Shown here: in pieces, positions 57,849 through 64,000 of the stretch
Layout of the letters: each line of letters begins with the position of its first letter
How positions within the stretch are numbered: position 1 is the first letter of the stretch
Assembly (NCBI GenBank): GCA_965222075.1
Contig: OZ244937.1
Coordinates: forward strand, 4,480,001-4,544,000
Origin: Candidatus Latescibacterota bacterium
GTDB lineage: Bacteria; Latescibacterota; UBA2968; GCA-2709665
DNA length: 64,000 nt
Direction: 5' to 3'
Made by a program: the position numbers and the translations under genes
Notes under the pieces: generated by a model
Told to the model about the DNA's origin: nothing
What the model saw: the letters and a program-made list of their open reading frames with translations, nothing else
Database searches by the model: none

Positions 57849-59747
57849 TTACCTTGAGATGCGTTGAACCGGGGAATCCGGAGGCGGGGAGAGGTGCGCC
57901 GGGGCGGCTGGGGGCGATTTCTCTGAGCGCGGTGTATTGGAAGAGGCCAGGGCAGCGACGGTCACATCGGGGGCCTGCTCGGGCGCGACCACCTCGAAAT
58001 AGGTCTTTAGAACCCTGCGAGAAATAGGCGCGGCAACCTTTCCACCTTGACCGGCGTTCTCTGCCAGCACGACAAGTACGATTTGGGGGGCTTCCACGGG
58101 TGCGAACGCCACGAACCAGGCGTGGTCCTCACCGTGCGAATTTTGCGCTGTTCCAGTTTTTCCTGCCACGGTAACCCCTTCGATACGGGCCCGCCTGCCG
58201 GTGCCGTAGGGGCTTTCCACCACCTGGAAGAGGATGCTGCGGATCTGTTCGAGGGTTTGGGCCGAGATCTGAACAGGGGTTGACCGGGCATGTGGGGCGC
58301 TGCTTTGCAGGACGTGGGGACGGGGCAGCGCACCCACCGCAAGGGCGCTGATGTAGCGGGCGACCTGGATGGGGGTAGCGGTGGTTTCTCCCTGGCCGAT
58401 GGCGAGGTTGAGCATGTGCCCCTCGGCCCAGTTGCCCCGGTGTACCTTGTAGTAGGCCCGGTCTGTGACCAGCCCCGTGGCCTCTCCATCTCCCCCTTCT
58501 GCGATGTCGATGCCCGTGGACTGGCCGAACCCCAGGCGTTTGACGTAGCGGTTCCAGTTGGCAATACCGACCTTCCGGCCGAGTTGATAAAAGAAGGTGT
58601 CGCAGGAGTGAATGAGGGCCTGTCGGAGGTTCAATTTGCCGTGCCCGGCGGCCTTGTGGCACCGGAACACCCGGTCTCCAAAGGTCAGCTTCCCTTTACA
58701 GGGGGCATAGCGGAGTTCGTCGGGCTTCAGCAGGCCCATTTCCAGTGCGGCGATGCCCGTTACCATTTTGAGAACCGACGCGGGCGGGTACTCTCCCTGG
58801 ATGCTCCGGTTTAATAGCGGTTTTTGGGGATTGGACTGGAGGGCGTTCCACTCCTGGGGGTTGCGAATCGACCGGGGGTGGAAGCCGGGTTTGCTGACCA
58901 GGGCCAGGATGGCGCCGTTGTTGGGGTCCATGGCCACAATGCTGCCTTTGAGGGTATCGGAGAGGGCCTGTTCGGCCGCCAGCTGCAGCCGCCAGTCGAG
59001 GGTGAGGAAGATATCCTGCCCCGCCACGGGGGGTTCGGTCTTGTCGGGAAGAGACCCCACTTCCTGTCCCCAGACGTTGACCTCGATGTATTTGACGCCG
59101 TCTTGGCCTCGCAGCTGGGCTTCGCAGAGCCGTTCCACGCCCCGTTTGCCAACCTGGTCGTCGTAGCTGTAGCCCAGGGGGGCCATCTGGGGGTAGGCGT
59201 TTGCATCAATCAGGCCCACGTAGCCGAGGATGTGGGGGACCAGGGGAAAGGGGCCGTTAAAGGCGGGGTATCCCCGCCTGGCTTCGATCTGGATCTCCAC
59301 GCCGGGCAGGTCGTAGCGGTCTTCCTCGATCATGGAGACCATCTTAAACCCGACGTCCTGCTTGAGTTTCACCGGTTCGTAGAAGTGGCGCTTCCGGGAG
59401 GAGAGCTTTTCTTGGATCCGTGTTTTGGATAGCCCGACGGTCTGGCTGAGCTGGGAGACCACCCGTTTTCGGATGGATGGGTCGGTATTGCGCAGCAGCC
59501 GCGGGGGGATGATCGAGATGGTATAAGACAGGCGGTTGTCGACTAAGATGGTCCCGTTGCGGTCCCGGACGAGGCCGCGGCTGGCCTCGATGGGTACGGG
59601 CTGCATGGTGTTTTTTTCAGACTGGATGCGGTACTGCTCCCAGTCTGCAATTTGCACCATGTAGAGCCTGACCGAGAGGATGCCGAACAGGATCAACGCT
59701 GCCCTCAGGAGACAGCGTGCCCGGCGCTCCCGTGTCCCGTTATCCAT
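57849..59747 (-). CDS. mrdA: Penicillin-binding protein 2
   Basis: SRGLVRDRNG, YPPASVLK (SxxK), SCDTFF, AGKTGTAQ, HAWFVAFAP; adjacent to rodA and mreD. Confidence 0.93.
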   Translation of the reverse strand: MDNGTRERRARCLLRAALILFGILSVRLYMVQIADWEQYRIQSEKNTMQPVPIEASRGLVRDRNGTILVDNRLSYTISIIPPRLLRNTDPSIRKRVVSQLSQTVGLSKTRIQEKLSSRKRHFYEPVKLKQDVGFKMVSMIEEDRYDLPGVEIQIEARRGYPAFNGPFPLVPHILGYVGLIDANAYPQMAPLGYSYDDQVGKRGVERLCEAQLRGQDGVKYIEVNVWGQEVGSLPDKTEPPVAGQDIFLTLDWRLQLAAEQALSDTLKGSIVAMDPNNGAILALVSKPGFHPRSIRNPQEWNALQSNPQKPLLNRSIQGEYPPASVLKMVTGIAALEMGLLKPDELRYAPCKGKLTFGDRVFRCHKAAGHGKLNLRQALIHSCDTFFYQLGRKVGIANWNRYVKRLGFGQSTGIDIAEGGDGEATGLVTDRAYYKVHRGNWAEGHMLNLAIGQGETTATPIQVARYISALAVGALPRPHVLQSSAPHARSTPVQISAQTLEQIRSILFQVVESPYGTGRRARIEGVTVAGKTGTAQNSHGEDHAWFVAFAPVEAPQIVLVVLAENAGQGGKVAAPISRRVLKTYFEVVAPEQAPDVTVAALASSNTPRSEKSPPAAPAHLSPPPDSPVQRISR

Positions 59748-60246
59748 GAAGTCTTCGTGCACTTAGGCGGATCCCCTTATTGAAACGGACTGGCAGCAGC
59801 AGAGAAAAACCCGCGCCCACACAGGCGGTGTAGAACGCAGTACCCAGCCCGTAGCGCAGCATAGAGGAGAAGATGGCCTGGGGAGTCGCAATTGAATACA
59901 GGGTGAAATAGATCAGGTCGTGCAGAATGCCGGCCAGAAACAGGAGCAGGGCCTGCACCCGGATCTCTTCTGCAACGACCCCGATGCGGCTGTATCCCAC
60001 GGCAAAACCGACGATGCTGTTGGTCAGGGTGTTGATTCCCATGGCTTCCGGATCATAGACATCGAGCAAGAATCCGGAGGTAAACCCAAAAGTGGTGCCC
60101 TCAACCTGACCGCCGGAGATGCCGATGTAGACCAGGGCGAGCAAGATGAGATCGGGCATTATGCCGAAGATGGCGATTTTATGGACCCAGGAGGTCTGGA
60201 GCAGCAATGCCAGAGCGATCAACAGGATATTGCGAACGATGCCCAT
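59740..60246 (-). CDS. mreD: Rod shape-determining protein MreD
   Basis: Hydrophobic 168 aa with PDLILLALVY and GFTSGFLLD; directly upstream of mrdA. Confidence 0.88.
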   Translation of the reverse strand: MGIVRNILLIALALLLQTSWVHKIAIFGIMPDLILLALVYIGISGGQVEGTTFGFTSGFLLDVYDPEAMGINTLTNSIVGFAVGYSRIGVVAEEIRVQALLLFLAGILHDLIYFTLYSIATPQAIFSSMLRYGLGTAFYTACVGAGFSLLLPVRFNKGIRLSARRLHG

Positions 60247-60304
60247 CCCTTTATGACCTCACCCTCCGTATGTTGGCCTGGAGGCGAGGTGACCTCGCCC
60301 CTGC

Positions 60305-62176
60305 TTAGTCTATGTGGGCTCCATCGGCTGGCTGCACGAGGAGCTTTGCGCCTGCGCGTATGCGGGAGGCATGCCGGATGCCGTTCCACTTTTTCAGGTC
60401 ACTCACGCTGGTGTGGAAGGCCCGGGCGATATTCCAGAGGGTGTCACCCGGTTTGATGGTATAGAAGCCGTGGATGGCCGCCTGCTCTTTCTGGGCGTCC
60501 TGGACGGGGTGTTCAACCGGCTTCCAGATGACAAGCCGGTTGCCGGGAAAGATGTGTTGAGACGCCAACAGGCCGTTCCAGGCCCGGATCTGCTCGGGTT
60601 TTACCCCCTCTTGCCGGGCGATGTCCCAAAGGGTGTCGCCCCTGCGCACGCTGTAGGCGACCCGAACGTGTCGAGAAAGATCGGGCGGTGTCTCGATTTT
60701 GGGTTTCCGGGCCCGAGCGTAGAATTGGGGAGGGATGGGGATCCTGAGCCGTTTGCCCGCACGCAGCCGCCGCGGGTTGCGGATGCCGTTGGCATCGAGG
60801 ATGGCCTGGGCGCTGATGCGCATACGCTTTGCGATGTCCGAGACGGTGTCGCCATACCGGACGAGGTAGTCCACCATCTGGACCTTCCGACTGTCGGGGA
60901 TGCGGGCGTAGTTGGCCCGGAAGAGGTCGGCAGAGCCTGCCGGGATGCGTAAGGGGTAGACCTTGCGGACCGGCGGAGCCGGCGTGTATCCCCTCCGGAG
61001 TTCCGGATTGAGCGCTCGCATGGACTCGTAAGAAGTGCCAGCGCATTCGGCGGCGAGTCGCAGGTCGACCCACTCGGAGACCTGGACGGTGTCGTAGGCG
61101 AGGGGCGGCTGGTAGACGACGTCGCTAAAACCGAACCATTCCGGGTCTTTGGATATGAGCAGCGCCGCCATGAAGCGGGGCAGGTGGTTGCGGGTTTCCC
61201 TGGGCAGATTCTTGAGCTTCCAGAAGTCCCGGGTACCGGCCTTGCGGATGGCTCGGTTGAGCCTGCCCTGCCCGCAGTTGTAGGCGGCAATGACCAGCCG
61301 CCAGTCGCCGAAGAGGTCGTAGAGGTGCTGGATGTGACGCGCTGCCGCGTGGGTGGCCTTTTGGGGATCCCGGCGTTCGTCGACCCAGGTGTTGCGTTTC
61401 AGCCCGTAGAGGGGGGCGGTATACCGGACAAACTGCCAGATACCGGCGGCACCCACCCGGGAATAGGCCCTGGGGTTGAATCCGCTTTCGATCATGGCTT
61501 TATAGGCGAGATCCTGGGGAAGGCCCGCTTCCCCGAAGGCCTCCCGAATCATAGGCATATAGGTCCCAGACCGGTAGAGCCAGCGCCTGAACATCTCCCG
61601 TCTGTCGGTCTGGAAATAGCGAATACTTGCGATGACTTCCGGGGTGTAGTCGACGGGGACGTCGGCAGAGCCGGCCAGCGTACGGATGTAGAGTTCCCGG
61701 TAGTGGGGATGGTCCCGAATATGGGAAGCGATGTCTTCGGGGAGGGCGTGTAGCAGGAGAGCGAGGGCCGACTTGGGGTTGATCGGCGCGGTTGGCGGAA
61801 GCAGAGCCCGATAGAGTTCCAGGTTTACTCGAACAAGACCGGCGAGATGTTTGGGCAACAGGCTATCTGTGTGTGTGGTGACAAGCTTGGACAGAACGAT
61901 GGATGCACCTTCGAGGGATCTGAGAGCATCCTCCTGGCGTTTGGCCTGAAGGTCCTGAAAGGCCTGGCTCAGCAGTCGGTATACCTGATGGTGAGGGAGG
62001 TCTTGGACCGTGCCGACGGTGCTGTCGGCGAGTGTATTCATCGTCTCCCGGGAGGGGGTCTGGGCAGGGCCCTGCGGATGGGACGTTTGGAGACGGGATG
62101 CCGCACAACCCACCAAAAAGAGGGCAAGAAGGAGGCAGGGGATTGCAAAAAAGGACTGTCGTGAGAGCGTTTTCAT
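60305..62176 (-). CDS. MltD-like lytic transglycosylase lipoprotein with three LysM domains
   Basis: Lipobox LVGC, MIESGFNP, AAGIWQF, DERRDP, AAYNCG, LPRETRNH; three Y.V..GDT LysM repeats. Confidence 0.92.
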   Translation of the reverse strand: MKTLSRQSFFAIPCLLLALFLVGCAASRLQTSHPQGPAQTPSRETMNTLADSTVGTVQDLPHHQVYRLLSQAFQDLQAKRQEDALRSLEGASIVLSKLVTTHTDSLLPKHLAGLVRVNLELYRALLPPTAPINPKSALALLLHALPEDIASHIRDHPHYRELYIRTLAGSADVPVDYTPEVIASIRYFQTDRREMFRRWLYRSGTYMPMIREAFGEAGLPQDLAYKAMIESGFNPRAYSRVGAAGIWQFVRYTAPLYGLKRNTWVDERRDPQKATHAAARHIQHLYDLFGDWRLVIAAYNCGQGRLNRAIRKAGTRDFWKLKNLPRETRNHLPRFMAALLISKDPEWFGFSDVVYQPPLAYDTVQVSEWVDLRLAAECAGTSYESMRALNPELRRGYTPAPPVRKVYPLRIPAGSADLFRANYARIPDSRKVQMVDYLVRYGDTVSDIAKRMRISAQAILDANGIRNPRRLRAGKRLRIPIPPQFYARARKPKIETPPDLSRHVRVAYSVRRGDTLWDIARQEGVKPEQIRAWNGLLASQHIFPGNRLVIWKPVEHPVQDAQKEQAAIHGFYTIKPGDTLWNIARAFHTSVSDLKKWNGIRHASRIRAGAKLLVQPADGAHID

Positions 62177-62203
62177 GAACTACACCAGGTGATTTAGGGG
62201 AGC

Positions 62204-62941
62204 CTATTCCGGGGAAACAGAAATTTGCATCTGTACAGAGAATGGGGTATCGTAGCCTTGCTGCTTGACAACCTTGATGAATTCTTCGGCTTCTTTGCGT
62301 TTTCTGAAGTTTCCGACCCGGACCTTAAAGAATGGCGGTTCAAATTCGATGTAGATATCCTCTCTGCCGAGCAGGTCCCGGGCCTTTGTCTGTGCCTGCT
62401 CGGCGGCCTGCTGGCTGGAGGCGGAGAAAATCTGGACGCGATAGCCGAGGACCGTGACCGGACGGCGAACCGGAGAGGCGGCCACTTCGACCTGGGCGCG
62501 TACGACAAAGGCCTCCCGGTAGCCCCGGCCCTTGGCCTCCCTCCGGAGACGCTCGGCCTCTTTGGCCGTTCGACTGTTTCCGACCTGGATTTTGTAGAGG
62601 TGCGTATCCTCGTCGTAGTAAATATAGACCGATGTGTTGAGCTTTCTCCCGGCTTCGGCACGAAACGCCTCGGCCCGGGTGCGATCGAGCACAGCAGCGA
62701 TCTGGACCCGGTAACCCTCGACCTGTTTTGAAGGACCGTCCCCTGCCGGCGATTGAGAAATGGTGGCAGACCCAGAGGCCGGCGGCTGCAACAGGAAGTC
62801 TTCGTCATTGAGTGTTTGAGGATCAAACTCTTCCTTGGCTACCGTTGTGGGATAAAGGACTTCCTGACGGGAGCCGGCGCAGCCGACGGCGCAGAAGAGC
62901 ATCCCCCATAAAACGATGTGCCGGACTCTCGGTGTTTTCAT
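62204..62941 (-). CDS. Lipoprotein with two SPOR domains
   Basis: Lipobox AVGC; GYRVQIAA...YKIQVGN and GYRVQIFS...FKVRVGNF. Start set at ATG 62941. Confidence 0.85.
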   Translation of the reverse strand: MKTPRVRHIVLWGMLFCAVGCAGSRQEVLYPTTVAKEEFDPQTLNDEDFLLQPPASGSATISQSPAGDGPSKQVEGYRVQIAAVLDRTRAEAFRAEAGRKLNTSVYIYYDEDTHLYKIQVGNSRTAKEAERLRREAKGRGYREAFVVRAQVEVAASPVRRPVTVLGYRVQIFSASSQQAAEQAQTKARDLLGREDIYIEFEPPFFKVRVGNFRKRKEAEEFIKVVKQQGYDTPFSVQMQISVSPE

Positions 62942-62989
62942 CGCGCGCCTGACCGGGATGCCCAACCCGTAGTGATTTTTTATCTGGTT

Positions 62990-63121
62990 GACGATCCGAT
63001 GACTCATCAAATGACCCATGCCCTGCACCTGGGCCGTCAACTTGCCGATACGCTTCGACGTCCAGCGCAAAGGACGCTTGTCCGGCTCCCCAGCCGTGAT
63101 CGGCTCAAGCAAGGCTTCGGT
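62990..63121 (-). mobile_element. Remnant of an ISAzo13-family transposase
   Basis: TEALLEPITAGEPDKRPLRWTSKRIGKLTAQVQGMGHLMSHRIV resembles the ISAzo13 segment LVEPxTxGDPxSPLRWTxKSxRKLAxELxxxGHxVSHxxV. Confidence 0.7.
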
Positions 63122-63388
63122 GGCCTGCCTGCTGCAGGCAGGCAAGCAAGAGCCTCGTACTTTAGCTTGCAGGGTCTTGATGCCCACACATCAAATATAA
63201 GACTATTCCACCGAAAAGTACAGCACTTATTTCGCGACGACTCCTTATGGCAAAAATGGGCAAGTAGGCGGGGAGGAATAGAGGGGATGGATTGGGAATG
63301 TTATCTCCATAGAGTGTTGTGGATGAGAAATTCGAGTACCCAATATGTGGATTATAGGAAGGAACAGGGCAGTTACAGGGGACTGTTC

Positions 63389-64000
63389 CTACTCGTCAAA
63401 CCAGGCTCGAAACGCGGCCTCGTAAGGGGGGGTTGCCACGCCCTCTTCGGTGACGATGGCCGTGACCAGACCGTTGGGTGTGATGTCAAAGGCGGGGTTG
63501 TAGACCTTGACGCCCTGCGGTGCGGTCTGTTTGCCCAGGCCCCGGGTAATCTCTTCGGGCTTGCGCTCCTCAATGGGGATTTGGTCGCCGCTTGAGAGGG
63601 ACAGGTCGACTGTGGAGAGGGGGGCGGCCACATAGAAGGGGACGTTGTGTTCCCGGGCGAGGATGGCCAGGCCGTAGGTGCCGATTTTGTTGGCCACATC
63701 TCCGTTGGCGGCGATGCGGTCGGCACCGACAATGACGCTATCGATGGGTTTCTCACGAAGGACCGCCCCGGCCATGTTGTCGCAGATGACAGTGACGTCC
63801 ACGCCGCTTTGCTGCAGTTCCCAGGCCGTCAGCCGGGAGCCCTGAAGGAGGGGACGGGTTTCATCGGCGAAGACCGCCACCTGTTTGCCCGCTTCTGAGG
63901 CAGCGTAGACCACGGCTAAGGCCGTACCGTAGTCGACGGTAGCCAGGCCGCCGGCGTTGCAGTGGGTAAGGACGGTGGTATTGGCCTTGAGGAGTTGCGC
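63389..64000 (-). CDS. mtnA: S-methyl-5-thioribose-1-phosphate isomerase; 5' part lies outside the window
   Basis: [62 protein letters not shown]. Confidence 0.96.
   Translation of the reverse strand, partial: AQLLKANTTVLTHCNAGGLATVDYGTALAVVYAASEAGKQVAVFADETRPLLQGSRLTAWELQQSGVDVTVICDNMAGAVLREKPIDSVIVGADRIAANGDVANKIGTYGLAILAREHNVPFYVAAPLSTVDLSLSSGDQIPIEERKPEEITRGLGKQTAPQGVKVYNPAFDITPNGLVTAIVTEEGVATPPYEAAFRAWFDE

Noticed and set aside
63300-63360. TGTGGATGA and TGTGGATTA near-DnaA boxes
   Set aside because: Only two imperfect sites, and no skew change at this position.
33-63898. Many long overlapping or antisense ORFs in the six-frame track (e.g. 2887-4023, 6717-7841, 16216-17319, 27468-28628, 49716-51185)
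   Set aside because: They shadow well-supported genes, are Pro/Arg-rich or motif-less, and are expected at this GC content.
1-64000. tRNA (including tRNA-Sec), rRNA, CRISPR array, intact IS or prophage
   Set aside because: By eye I found no cloverleaf/TTCGA-CCA pattern in intergenic DNA, no regularly spaced repeats, and no complete transposase or integrase. A covariance-model scan would be needed to exclude small RNAs.

Overview
Bacterial chromosomal segment with high GC content (about 60% by eye) and dense housekeeping and envelope genes. The GWxTD/TPR protein, the EF-hand/dockerin-like plus FlgD/T9SS-type secreted proteins and the sulfatase suggest an FCB-group lineage such as Ca. Latescibacterota (inference only). 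Recognisable genes are dpp/opp ABC components, selA, galU, mazG, a DEAD-box helicase, corA, an Fe3+-type ABC system, rsmD, a fused glyQS, a murC-like ligase, ldcA, aroA, dnaE, rodA, mrdA, mreD, an MltD-like LysM transglycosylase and mtnA. I found no rRNA, tRNA, CRISPR array or intact mobile element. The top finding is a 94-aa DUF5069-type gene at 36128-36412 (-), missed by the ORF track. It has an in-frame TGA exactly at the family's conserved Cys (YVYP-TGA-GADKRFL), followed by a bacterial SECIS-like hairpin, and selA lies in the same window, so it is a strong candidate selenoprotein. Other notable points: a sharp C-to-G strand-skew switch near 15.5 kb plus a DnaA-box cluster at 9.3-9.4 kb (origin-proximal region?); an integrase arm-type domain fused to an apparently dead PD-(D/E)xK-like domain; a Thr-type sulfatase; dispersed GTAG-REP palindromes; several short gene scraps in intergenic DNA (fbaB, guaB-like, HDOD/receiver, ISAzo13); and two single-base frameshifts that may be sequencing errors. 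All family assignments are by motif recognition, not database search.
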